A program made the translations under genes and the position numbers. A model generated the notes under the pieces. It searched no databases and was not told the DNA's origin. It saw nothing but the letters and a program-made list of their open reading frames with translations. A DNA stretch of 64,000 bases from Planctomycetota bacterium (GTDB taxonomy: Bacteria > Planctomycetota > Phycisphaerae > Sedimentisphaerales > CAYZTY01), in assembly GCA_043816955.1 (NCBI GenBank), contig JBDRHL010000144.1, positions 3,603-67,602 on the forward strand, written 5' to 3'. Each line of letters opens with the position of its first letter. The first letter of the stretch is position 1. Positions 29,151-38,397 of the stretch are shown here, one piece after another.

Positions 29151-30749
29151 TTATGAGTAGCGGAATGCGTGGGCGGCGGTTTCTCTGAGGCGATCGGTGG
29201 TAAAAGCTGCGGTGTCGAGGAGGCCGAGGTTCTGGAGGACGACAGCGATATTTATCGCGGCCTGGGGACATGTGAAGTTATCTTTGACGGACTGTTCGAG
29301 CCTCTGGATTGCGGTGGAGAATCTGGGAGAATCGCAATAGAGCAGCGCTGTTTTATAGTACAAATCGAGTATGTGGATATCGAGGTCATCGGGGGCGGCA
29401 AGCTGTTCGAGGGCAAGAGGCATCCTGTCGCTATCAAAATAGCATATTATCAGCTTTGCTTTTGCACGATGAAAGGTCGGGTTAATGGTGAGAGCATTTT
29501 CAAAGGCGGTTAGGGCGGGGTCAAGAAGGCCTGCTCCCATAAGGAGGAGGCCAAGGCGATAGTGCAGGTCTGGATTATTGGGCTGGTCGGACAACTGGGC
29601 CTTGTGGGCTTCGATTGTTGTATCTATAAGGGTCTCGAAATCGGACATTTTTGCAAGATCGGGGTTGGCTGAGCCAAGGGCTTGCAGTTGTAATGTGGCG
29701 GCTTCAGCGAAGAGAAGATTGCTGTTTGGCTGGATTGCGGAAGCCAGTGAAAGGGTGGATTCGGCCTGTTCGATCTGGTCGTTTAGTTTCTGGGCGGCAG
29801 CAAGGCCTATATAGGCATCAACGATCTGGTCGTTTATTTCAACGGCCCTGGTAAAAAGGCGGGCGGCGTAGGCATAATGCTGCATTGTGAGATGCTGGGT
29901 ACCCAGCTTAACGGTTGCTTCGAGGTACTGGGGTTCCATGGCAAGGACTTTTTCGTAGTAGACAGCGGCTTGTGTGTGGTTGTGCATCAGAGCGTAGATG
30001 TCCGCGAGTTTGCAGTTGAGGTGGATGTTGTCGGGTTCCTGCTCAAGGCGAGAAAGAATATTATCCTCCAAGCTGTGCAGCTCGGTGTCAGGTGTAATTA
30101 CATCGAAGCCGAGCTCGTCACTTCCGGCGTGGAAATTGTCCGGATGGAGAAGGATCGCCCTACTGAATGTGTCGGCGGCGGCGTCATATTTCTGTGTGGC
30201 TATATAGAGGTAGGCCAGTGTAATCAATGAATGCAGATCGTCGGGATATTCAGAGACGAGGGTTTCATATTCCCTGATGGTGTTTTCTATTCTCCGGTTT
30301 TTGAAGTAGATTGCAGCGAGTCTTTGCCTCGGCATCCGGAGGTAGTTTTTGAACTTCAGGCAATCCTGGTAGAATTCGACGGCTTGAGCTTCTTTTCCCA
30401 GCCGTTCATAGCAGTGCCCCAAGATGTACAGTGCCATTGTGTTGTTCGGCTCGCGCATATAGACCGACTGGAGCAGATCAATGGTTGTTTTAACCTGATT
30501 ATTTCTCAGGGCAAGTGCGGCAGAAGCCATTCTGCCGAGAATACAGTCGGGATTTTCAAACAGGTAGAATCGCAGCTTTTCCCCGGCTTGTGGGAGTTTG
30601 TGCGCAGCGATACATTCTATGGCAGGGGCAAGTTCTGTCCGCTGAGCGGCGCTACCGTAATGGCGGCAGGCGGAATTAAGCCAGTTTATCATCAACTCGG
30701 CAGGGTCGGCGGTAATCGCCCTACCGAGAATTTCGAGCAATCTACTCAT
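29151..30749 (-). CDS. TPR-repeat protein
   Basis: More than 10 34-residue TPR-like units (A..Y...L...P.....A...LG..Y...G....A...Y). Confidence 0.8.
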   Translation of the reverse strand: MSRLLEILGRAITADPAELMINWLNSACRHYGSAAQRTELAPAIECIAAHKLPQAGEKLRFYLFENPDCILGRMASAALALRNNQVKTTIDLLQSVYMREPNNTMALYILGHCYERLGKEAQAVEFYQDCLKFKNYLRMPRQRLAAIYFKNRRIENTIREYETLVSEYPDDLHSLITLAYLYIATQKYDAAADTFSRAILLHPDNFHAGSDELGFDVITPDTELHSLEDNILSRLEQEPDNIHLNCKLADIYALMHNHTQAAVYYEKVLAMEPQYLEATVKLGTQHLTMQHYAYAARLFTRAVEINDQIVDAYIGLAAAQKLNDQIEQAESTLSLASAIQPNSNLLFAEAATLQLQALGSANPDLAKMSDFETLIDTTIEAHKAQLSDQPNNPDLHYRLGLLLMGAGLLDPALTAFENALTINPTFHRAKAKLIICYFDSDRMPLALEQLAAPDDLDIHILDLYYKTALLYCDSPRFSTAIQRLEQSVKDNFTCPQAAINIAVVLQNLGLLDTAAFTTDRLRETAAHAFRYS

Positions 30750-31149
30750 ATTTAACGTCCTAATTAAATGCGCAGCAATGTTCGTAGTTCGTATCTTTCC
30801 AAGATTAGGTATCGGCTGGAATGTTTAAGCGCTTAATGGTGCTTTAGGGGCAGTACGGGAGGATAGAAACAGATAAAATGTGCAATGTGCCGGTTGTAAC
30901 AAGTGTGAGGGATTTGCGTAATTTTCCGGGTGAATCGGCGGAATTACCCGGCTTATTATGGGTCGCGGTTTGAGGAAATATGCAGGTTTAGTGAAGAGGT
31001 TTGTGGAAGCGCGGGCTTATGGGACAAATCAGGCGCGCAATTTTAAGCTTAGAACCTATCCTAATAACTCATTCTATTACGGCCTGCTGCAAAGTCCGAT
31101 GCCTGCGTTGTCGGGTCAAAATCGTCCTCGACGTAGCTTTGGCTACCGG

Positions 31150-31632
31150 TCAGGTTCTTTGTTTTTTAGCAGAAAGCGGGGCAGCCTGTTTTTCTATTTC
31201 GCTCAGATACGCCAAGGTGCGGTCAAGCTTGTCGGTGAGGTGTTTTAGCTTGAGCATGGTTTTGACCCTGGTAAGAAGCTCCCATTTGTTTACGGGTTTG
31301 CTGAGGAAATCATCGGTTCCAGAATCAATGCCTCTTTCTATATCGCCCAGTTCGGTAAGGGCGGTAACCATGATGATGGGAATGGCGGTGGTTTTCGGAT
31401 CGGCCTTAACCCTTCTGCAGAGTTCAAATCCGCTCATCTGGGGCATCATAATATCCAGCAGGATCAAATCGGGCGGATTACGTTTAATGATTTTCAAGGC
31501 TTCTATGCCGTCGCCGGCTGGGATGGTTACACAGTCGATATCTTCAAGATAGGCCTGGATTAACTCCAGGTTCTGCTGATTATCATCCACAACGAGAATT
31601 GTGGGCACCTGCTGGTTATTCTTATGAGCCAT
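31150..31632 (-). CDS. Stand-alone response regulator (receiver domain plus short coiled-coil tail)
   Basis: ILVVDDN, LILLDIMMPQMSGFE (phospho-Asp), PIIMVTA and KP motifs. No output domain. Confidence 0.9.
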   Translation of the reverse strand: MAHKNNQQVPTILVVDDNQQNLELIQAYLEDIDCVTIPAGDGIEALKIIKRNPPDLILLDIMMPQMSGFELCRRVKADPKTTAIPIIMVTALTELGDIERGIDSGTDDFLSKPVNKWELLTRVKTMLKLKHLTDKLDRTLAYLSEIEKQAAPLSAKKQRT

Positions 31633-31809
31633 TTACACCTTTCCTGTCCATATGAAAGAGAGGGGCGTTCTCAACGAAGATACCGCCCTTTTGAGGGACA
31701 ATATTATATTAATCTGCGATTAAAGTCCAGAGTATTTGTTGCGGGGAGCACCATACGAAATTTGACATCCACAAGGGGAAAAACAGGATACTACCCCCCT
31801 GCCGGGTTT

Positions 31810-32076
31810 TTAAGTGTGTTTTGAGGTTTGATTTTCAATGAATTGACGTACCTGGGGCTTGATGTAAACTGCATCGATATCAACGATTTTCGCGACGGCC
31901 TGGGCACAAATCGCAGCGATATCGCTAGTCTGTGCCTGGGAGTCGAGGAAAAAAACAGAGGAGCCTTTTATGGTACAAAGGCCTCCCCCGCTGCCGCCCA
32001 AGGCCTCTGTTCGAATCCGGACATTATTTTTCTGCAACAGGTCAAGCAGTTCGTCTAAAATAGCCTGATTATCCAT
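31810..32076 (-). CDS. Hypothetical 88-aa protein
   Basis: ORF only, with no family recognised. It is co-oriented with and upstream of the response regulator. Confidence 0.45.
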   Translation of the reverse strand: MDNQAILDELLDLLQKNNVRIRTEALGGSGGGLCTIKGSSVFFLDSQAQTSDIAAICAQAVAKIVDIDAVYIKPQVRQFIENQTSKHT

Positions 32077-32211
32077 GTTTTAAGAAAAAAACCTTAAAAG
32101 CCGATATATATTATACTGTCTAAACAGCGTCAATTTTATATTTTCAGACATTGAAAAACAAAGCCTATTTTATTAGATAAGATTGGGAACCTGAGTTTTC
32201 AGGAGTGCAGA

Positions 32212-32988
32212 TTGTCGGGTATAATAGCAAAGCGCAGATCGCTGTACAGAGAGATACAAAACCAAAGTGCGCGTAATGATTCACTAAAATCGCAGATGAG
32301 CCAGCTTCAGGCACTTGCGAATATCGGGACGGCGACATGTATGATCGCACATGAGATAAATAACCTTCTGACCCCGCTGGGGGGTTATGCGGAACTAGCT
32401 CTGCAGGAACCCGGTGATATGGAATTAGCGAGGAAGTCTCTGGAAAAGACAAAACGCAACTGCTTGCGGGCGGAAAAGATTCTTGCGAGCATGGTTGGGC
32501 TTGCCAACGGACAAGCCCAGGAGAAGGAATCATGCAGTCTGAAAGAACTGGTGGACGAAATATTTACGTGTCTTTGCCGTGATTTTTCCAAGGACAAAAT
32601 CAAAGTTACTGTAGAGGTAAATGAGGCTCTTACGATCCGGGCAGTTCCGGTTCAGATTCAGCAGGTGCTGATGAACCTGATTTTCAATGCGCGTGATGCG
32701 ATGGCTGAATCAGGAGGCAGCCTGACAATAAGAGGCGGGGAGACGGACAGTTCCGTCTGGATCGAGGTGTGCGACACGGGCAGTGGGATTGACAGGGAAA
32801 CAATGCCCCATATTTTTGAAGCATTTTTCACAACGAAAGGCAAGACAGAACGTTCCGGCAGGAGCGGTTCAGGGCTGGGGCTGGCTTTCTGCAAAGACAT
32901 AGTTGAGGCTCATCACGGCAGTATATCGGTACGGAGCAAGCCCGGCAAAGGGGCGGTGTTTAGAATAATCCTGCCCAAGCAGGACTGA
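32212..32988 (+). CDS. Cytoplasmic histidine kinase (HisKA + HATPase_c only)
   Basis: AGGAG at 32201-32205 lies 6 nt before TTG 32212. H-box MIAHEINNLLTP. N/G boxes NLIFNARDA, DTGSGI and GSGLGLAF. Confidence 0.85.
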   Translation: MSGIIAKRRSLYREIQNQSARNDSLKSQMSQLQALANIGTATCMIAHEINNLLTPLGGYAELALQEPGDMELARKSLEKTKRNCLRAEKILASMVGLANGQAQEKESCSLKELVDEIFTCLCRDFSKDKIKVTVEVNEALTIRAVPVQIQQVLMNLIFNARDAMAESGGSLTIRGGETDSSVWIEVCDTGSGIDRETMPHIFEAFFTTKGKTERSGRSGSGLGLAFCKDIVEAHHGSISVRSKPGKGAVFRIILPKQD

Positions 32989-33001
32989 GGTTTATATCGC
33001 G

Positions 33002-34264
33002 GTGGTTTTTCCATCCGAATACATCTGGTATATATGTTCCCTAGTGCTGCTGATTTGCGGTTCAGCGTTTTTTTCGGGGGCGGAGACGGCATTTTTTAAT
33101 CTCAGCCGCAGACAGATCAGCAGTCTTTCGCAGTCGAAACACCGTGTTCAGAAAATGACAGCCAAACTGGCGGAGGCTCCGAAGAAGCTGCTGACGTGTC
33201 TGCTGCTGGGGAATATGGGAGTCAATGTTCTTTATTTTTCCACTTCAAGTGTTCTGGCGTTCAAGGTGGGTGGTAATACAGGGCGCGGCTGGGGGGTGGG
33301 CACAGCGTTTTTATGTTTTTTAATTCTTGTAATGTTTGGAGAAATTGTTCCCAAGTCGATGGCTTACCTTAACAGCTATAAAGGCAGCATCCTGGCAACG
33401 GTTCCGTGCTATGTGTGCGTACAGGTTCTGGGGCCGATACAGGCAGTTTTCAACTTTCTTATTGCCGAGCCTGTTGTGCGCGTTCTTCTCGGGCCCAGGC
33501 GTCATGCCGAAGCAATTACCATCAATCAACTAAAAATGGTGATCGAATCAAGCAGGCATCGGGGGCTGATAAGCAGTGATGAAACACAACTGCTTGGGGA
33601 GATTATCGAGCTGGGTTTTTTGAAGGTCCGGCACATAATGTGTCCCCGGGTGGATATGGCAGCGTGTAATCTGAATTCTTCGGCTGGCGAGATCAAGAAT
33701 CTGCTAAGGGACCACAACATGACGAAGATATTTGCTTATGTCGGCTCGATCGATAATATAGTCGGAACGATCAGACTCAACTCGATACTTCTTAATCCGG
33801 AAAAGGCGGTGAAGGAGCTTCTTGAGCCGGTGCATTTTGTGCCGGAACAAAAGACGGTGGAATCACTTCTGGTTTTTTTCCGGACGCGGCGTGTTGATGC
33901 AGCAGTGGTGGTGGACGAATATGGCGGGATTGCGGGGGCAGTGGATATTGAGCGGGTGGTACAGGAGCTGCTTGGCCCGAGCGAGATACCGGCAGGTATA
34001 GAACCCATTCAACAGGTTGGGCCACTGACATACCGGCTTGCAGGGAACCTGCCGATTCACGAATGGGCCGACGCCTTTGGAGTAGAGCCATCCCAGAGCA
34101 GGCTGACGACGATAGGAGGGCTTGCAACAGCGCTTCTGGGTAAGGTGCCTCACAGCGGCGACGTTGCGTATCTGAAGAATCTGAAGTTTACCGTTGAGAA
34201 GGTCAGAAAGTACCGGATTGAAAGTCTGATCCTTTCACTTGAGACGGAGGAAGCAAAACAGTGA
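33002..34264 (+). CDS. CNNM/TlyC-family protein (DUF21-CBS pair-CorC_HlyC)
   Basis: SGAETAF at TM1, a CBS pair (VVDEYGG.AG) and a C-terminal CorC-like domain. Confidence 0.9.
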   Translation: MVFPSEYIWYICSLVLLICGSAFFSGAETAFFNLSRRQISSLSQSKHRVQKMTAKLAEAPKKLLTCLLLGNMGVNVLYFSTSSVLAFKVGGNTGRGWGVGTAFLCFLILVMFGEIVPKSMAYLNSYKGSILATVPCYVCVQVLGPIQAVFNFLIAEPVVRVLLGPRRHAEAITINQLKMVIESSRHRGLISSDETQLLGEIIELGFLKVRHIMCPRVDMAACNLNSSAGEIKNLLRDHNMTKIFAYVGSIDNIVGTIRLNSILLNPEKAVKELLEPVHFVPEQKTVESLLVFFRTRRVDAAVVVDEYGGIAGAVDIERVVQELLGPSEIPAGIEPIQQVGPLTYRLAGNLPIHEWADAFGVEPSQSRLTTIGGLATALLGKVPHSGDVAYLKNLKFTVEKVRKYRIESLILSLETEEAKQ

Positions 34265-35265
34265 TTGGCTATATTCTGGTTTTGTCGGTAGTTTTGTCTG
34301 TGGTGCTGTCCGGTTTCTTTGCTGGCAGTGAAACAGGGATATATCGGCTGAGCGCATTTCGGCTTCGTTTAGGTATGGACCAGAAGCGGCCGTTCTATTC
34401 GATACTTAACAGGATGATGGGCGACCGTGAAGGGCTGATCCTTTCAACTCTGGTCGGAACAAACCTGACGCATTACCTTGCCACGAGTGCGGTTACCTAC
34501 CTGTTTCTGCGTCGGGGAGCAGGAGAACAGGCGGCTGAGTTATCTGCAACGGCGGTGATGACACCGATACTGTTCGTACTGGCTGAACTGATACCGAAGA
34601 ATATTTATTTTCACCGTGCGGACGTTCTGATGCCTTATCTATCGGTGGTGTTATGGTCATTTCACAGGATATTGCGCTGGTCGGGAGTAATCGGCCTGTT
34701 GAAGCTGATCTCTGATGTGGTATCGAAACTTGCGGGTCTGGAGCCTGCCAGGGAGCATTACCTTGAGGCAGCCGGTGAGCGGCGAATACAGCAGGTGCTG
34801 CTGGACAGCTTCGAGGAGGGGATTGTAAGCGCTGTACAAAGCGACCTGCTGAACAGGCTGATGCGTATTTCCAGACTGCATATCCGAACGGTGATGACAG
34901 GAATCAGCAGAGTGCAAATGCTTGAGGCGGAGACAGATCGATCGAGTCTTGCGAAAATATTCGCATCAAAACCCTTCACTCATATGCCGGTTTACCGCGA
35001 TCGCCGGAATAATATCATCGGGTTCGTGAATATTTATGAAGCGCTGTGCAGTGAGAGAGATTTTGCAGACCTTACAGAATTTGTACGTCCAATCGGCACG
35101 GTCTTTGCGGGCACAACGGTGATTGACGGGATAAATCAGATGAAGAAGGCTGGGCAGAAAATCGCGATGGTGACGGCTGGGCCGAGGCACGGCAGAGAGG
35201 CTGAGATCGGAATTGTTACAATGAAGGACCTTGTCGAAGAGCTGACGGGTGAGTTGAGCGACTGA
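34261..35265 (+). CDS. CNNM-family protein (DUF21-CBS pair, no CorC domain)
   Basis: GSETGIY at TM1 and a CBS pair. The GTG start overlaps the upstream stop by 4 nt. Confidence 0.85.
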   Translation: MIGYILVLSVVLSVVLSGFFAGSETGIYRLSAFRLRLGMDQKRPFYSILNRMMGDREGLILSTLVGTNLTHYLATSAVTYLFLRRGAGEQAAELSATAVMTPILFVLAELIPKNIYFHRADVLMPYLSVVLWSFHRILRWSGVIGLLKLISDVVSKLAGLEPAREHYLEAAGERRIQQVLLDSFEEGIVSAVQSDLLNRLMRISRLHIRTVMTGISRVQMLEAETDRSSLAKIFASKPFTHMPVYRDRRNNIIGFVNIYEALCSERDFADLTEFVRPIGTVFAGTTVIDGINQMKKAGQKIAMVTAGPRHGREAEIGIVTMKDLVEELTGELSD

Positions 35266-35319
35266 GGACAGCGTTGTGCCGGGCGGTGAAGGGGGTGAAT
35301 CTATCGAAAGACAAGTGAC

Positions 35320-36735
35320 TTAATCTTTGTTTTGCATGAAGAGGGATTGTACTACAGCGTTTATTGCTGTTCGGGGCATGTGGTTAGCGTTATTGGCGAT
35401 GATGGAGAAAATGTATTGGCCGTTGGGGGTGTCACATATTCCGGAGAATGAACGGACAGCGTCTATGTAGCCGGTCTTGCCACGAATATTTCCTTTGAAT
35501 TGGATTTCTGTAAAGTATCTTCGAATTGTGCCGTCGAGCCCCCCTACCGCGAGTGACCGGTTGTATATGGGCCAATCGGGGCTTTTATAAAGGTGGTAGA
35601 GGACGGTCGTGATTGTGTTGGCACTGAGGCAATTAGTCCTGCTGAGTCCGCTGCCGTCGTCGATATTGAATTGCGCGGGGTCGATACCAAGATTTTTGAG
35701 GTAATCGGCCAGCAGAGATGTGCCGAGTGTCCATGAGCCTTCGCCATGGTCAACATCCTCCTTGGCAGCTATGATTTTGACGAGGCACTCTGCTGCGAGG
35801 CCGAAACTGTCCTTGTTGCATCTTTCAAGTACGAGAGCTATGGGGGTCTTATGTTCAACAAGAATATCGAGATCAGCTGGTTGATTCACTTTTCTGCCTG
35901 TGAGCTTTCCCCGAAGGATGAAGCCTTCGCTGCGAAGTTTTTCAGCGAGCAGGAAGCCGAAAAATGCGGCAGGTCTTTCTATTGCCACGTCAAATGAGGC
36001 GGCCTGATTACAGCGGCCTTTGATGGTGATATGATTCGGTTTAGAATTTCTGTATGCACCGATCTGTGTCTGTCCGCCTGAGACAGCAACTACCTTATTT
36101 ATCAGGGTGACATAGCCTGCCGAGGGGGTGATGGTGAGGTTAACTTTGCGGGGTGTTTTTTGCGCAGTAATGTTTATGCAATTTCCGTTGTAGTTTAGTC
36201 CGCTGATTTCGCAGGCATAAGGCCGGTTTAGCTGGTCCTTCGGCCAATTGGGGTGGACTCGCTGGTCATCAAGTATTGCAGCATCGATGATGATGTCCTG
36301 AATTTCCGTAATGTGCCTTTCGCGAAGGGCTTTTATTATCCGGTCGAACAACCAACCTTGTGTGCGGCCGGCATCGATGTCGGTTTTTTCATCGCCGAGG
36401 AGAGGATCTGCCCCCCCTACCACTACGAGGGACTTTCCGAGAAGAGCTACGGAGGTCTTGAATTCATAATCGGGTCCCAGATACTTGAGCGCGGCTGCTG
36501 AGCTAATAATTTTCATATTCGAAGCCGGGATCAGGGGCTGGTCGGGCTGATAGCTATAGACGGTTGCGCCCGTCCGGCAGTCGATGATTTTAATGCTTAA
36601 CCGGACATTTTTTGCCAGATAAGGCTGAATAACAGCCTCAACACTTTGTCCGATGTTATCGGAGGCGCTACAGGCCAGAAAAGAGAGGCAAAAAACAAAA
36701 AACAGGACAGCCGAAGTATTACGATCCATTCTCAT
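35320..36735 (-). CDS. dacB: D-alanyl-D-alanine carboxypeptidase/endopeptidase (PBP4, peptidase S13)
   Basis: Signal peptide, SxxK (PASNMKI), DGSGLSR and KTG (GKTGYI) motifs. Confidence 0.9.
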   Translation of the reverse strand: MRMDRNTSAVLFFVFCLSFLACSASDNIGQSVEAVIQPYLAKNVRLSIKIIDCRTGATVYSYQPDQPLIPASNMKIISSAAALKYLGPDYEFKTSVALLGKSLVVVGGADPLLGDEKTDIDAGRTQGWLFDRIIKALRERHITEIQDIIIDAAILDDQRVHPNWPKDQLNRPYACEISGLNYNGNCINITAQKTPRKVNLTITPSAGYVTLINKVVAVSGGQTQIGAYRNSKPNHITIKGRCNQAASFDVAIERPAAFFGFLLAEKLRSEGFILRGKLTGRKVNQPADLDILVEHKTPIALVLERCNKDSFGLAAECLVKIIAAKEDVDHGEGSWTLGTSLLADYLKNLGIDPAQFNIDDGSGLSRTNCLSANTITTVLYHLYKSPDWPIYNRSLAVGGLDGTIRRYFTEIQFKGNIRGKTGYIDAVRSFSGICDTPNGQYIFSIIANNANHMPRTAINAVVQSLFMQNKD

Positions 36736-36844
36736 GCAGTACTATTTAGCAAAAAAAGGATAACAATTCAAGGAGATGAGTCTTTGTTCTTGAATAATAA
36801 ATGCCGGCATGCATAATTTATTGTATATGTATCAGGGATAAATT

Positions 36845-38032
36845 ATGAGAATAGCTTATTTTGACTGCTTTGCAGGTGCGGGTGGGGATATGATTGTCGC
36901 ATCAATGCTCGATGCCGGTCTGGATGCGGAGTATCTGCGCAGCGAACTTGGCAAACTGGGCATTGAAGGTTTGTGCGTGAAGATTGAGCGTACAATTCGC
37001 TGCGGGTTATCGGCGACATTTTTTGAGCCTTACGCACCAGATCAGCAAAAGCAGCGCAACCTTGCCGATATTACGAAGCTCATACAGGACAGCGGGATAA
37101 GTGAAAAGGCAAAGGCGAAGGCAATTAAGATATTCAACAATCTTGCGCTGGCGGAAGGGAAGGTTCACGGCAAAAACCCTGCAGAGATACACTTTCACGA
37201 GTTAGGCGCGATAGATTCGATTGTCGATATTATCTCGGCGTGTATTGGTCTGGAGGGCCTGGGGATCGAGGAGGTTTACTGCTCAGCACTTCCGCTAGGG
37301 AGCGGCACAATCAAAACCGCTCACGGACAGATGCCATTGCCAGCGCCTGCGACGGCAGCGTTACTTAAAAATGTGCCGGTCAAGGCCGGGTCTGATGAGG
37401 GTGAACTTGTTACCCCTACGGCTGCAGCGGTTCTGACTACTGTTACTAAAAGCTTCCGCAGCCTGCCTTCGATGGTTATTGAGGCTGTGGGATACGGAGC
37501 AGGCACAAGGGATTCCGCAAGATTTCCCAATGTTACGCGGCTGATCACAGGCAGAGCCGCCAACGGGAACAGAGCCGATACGGATACAATCTGCCTGCTT
37601 GAGGCAAATTCCGATGACAGTACCGGCGAGCAGATCGGGCTGCTTGTCGATAAGCTGCTGGAGGTTGGAGCGCTGGATGTCTTTTGTATACCCTGTTATA
37701 TGAAACATAACCGCCCTGCTGTTCAGATGTGCGTGATGTGCAGTATCGAGGATGCCGATATGATGGAAAGAATGGTTTTTGAAAGCGGGGTAACATTTGG
37801 AATCAGAAAGCAGTTTATAGAGCGGAAAAAACTTTCCCGGGAGTTTAAGGAGGTTGAAACAGAGTTTGGGCCGATCCGTGTCAAGGTCGGCTCATTAAAG
37901 GAGAAGATCGTAACAGCCAAACCTGAATTTTTCGACTGCGCCGAGGCGGCGGAGCGTCATAAAACAACGGTTCAGCAGGTAATTTCCGCAGCGAAAGCCG
38001 CTTTTGGAAAGATGGCGAAGGATGGCCTTTAA
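36845..38032 (+). CDS. larC: Nickel-pincer cofactor biosynthesis protein LarC (DUF111)
   Basis: MRIAYFDCFAGAGGDM, HFHE.GA.DSIVDI and a C-terminal LarC2-like region. Confidence 0.9.
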   Translation: MRIAYFDCFAGAGGDMIVASMLDAGLDAEYLRSELGKLGIEGLCVKIERTIRCGLSATFFEPYAPDQQKQRNLADITKLIQDSGISEKAKAKAIKIFNNLALAEGKVHGKNPAEIHFHELGAIDSIVDIISACIGLEGLGIEEVYCSALPLGSGTIKTAHGQMPLPAPATAALLKNVPVKAGSDEGELVTPTAAAVLTTVTKSFRSLPSMVIEAVGYGAGTRDSARFPNVTRLITGRAANGNRADTDTICLLEANSDDSTGEQIGLLVDKLLEVGALDVFCIPCYMKHNRPAVQMCVMCSIEDADMMERMVFESGVTFGIRKQFIERKKLSREFKEVETEFGPIRVKVGSLKEKIVTAKPEFFDCAEAAERHKTTVQQVISAAKAAFGKMAKDGL

Positions 38033-38175
38033 CTACTTAAATAACAAGTAGTTATATAAGACAGAGAGGCCTTGGAGCGATCCGGCAGCATGAAGGAGGG
38101 GTTTTGTTATCTGATGGTCATAAGTCTTTTGTTTGTAAGGTATTATAAAAATCTAACAATTTCTAAACTTCTGTT

Positions 38176-38204
38176 TTGACAATTGTAACCTGCCCTGCTA
38201 TACT
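38176..38204 (+). promoter_or_regulatory. Consensus sigma70-type promoter (TTGACA, 17 nt, TATACT)
   Basis: TTGACA at 38176-38181, a 17-nt spacer and TATACT at 38199-38204, read directly. It faces pyrK-pyrD. Confidence 0.6.
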
Positions 38205-38219
38205 TTTCAGGCGACATCG

Positions 38220-38378
38220 ATGAAGTCAGACAATTCAGTTTGGTACAGATTCAGTAAACTTTGCGGCTTTTTTAGCCGTGGCGTACTTCCGGAGTATCAG
38301 TGGATGAATATTCCGGAAGTTTTTTTGCGCAAGGCGGGTGATCAGAGGTTCATTGCGGTGGACATAACAGCGGTATAA
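38220..38378 (+). promoter_or_regulatory. Candidate 52-codon leader ORF running through the attenuator (MKSDNSVWYRFSKLCGFFSRGVLPEYQWMNIPEVFLRKAGDQRFIAVDITAV)
   Basis: ATG 38220 and TAA 38376-38378, ending 19 nt before pyrK ATG 38398. The ORF spans the T6 run (38268-38273) and the terminator hairpin. No strong SD was seen. Confidence 0.3.
38285..38326 (+). terminator. Intrinsic terminator/attenuator in the pyrK-pyrD leader
   Basis: ACTTCCGGA (38285-38293) pairs with TCCGGAAGT (38312-38320). The stem extends by G-U, U-A, A-U and U-A pairs, and is followed by TTTTTT at 38321-38326. Confidence 0.65.
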
Positions 38379-38397
38379 ACGGTATAAAGGGTCTTCG

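Noticed and set aside
30958-31552. Plus-strand ORFs 30958-31248 and 31001-31552 in or next to the 400-nt gap.
   Set aside because: They are largely antisense to the response-regulator gene (31150-31632), with low-complexity translations. They were not supported as genes.
38031-38053. AT-rich hairpin AACTACTT-7 nt-AAGTAGTT overlapping the larC stop codon.
   Set aside because: The stem is all A/T plus two G-C pairs, and no T-run follows. It is too weak to call a terminator.
38341-38350. AUCAGAGGUU downstream of the pyr leader terminator, partly resembling the PyrR-binding loop (ARUCCAGAGAGGYU) of Bacillus-type pyr attenuators.
   Set aside because: The match is incomplete. It also lies after the terminator rather than in an anti-antiterminator stem upstream of it, so a PyrR-type mechanism is not supported by the layout.
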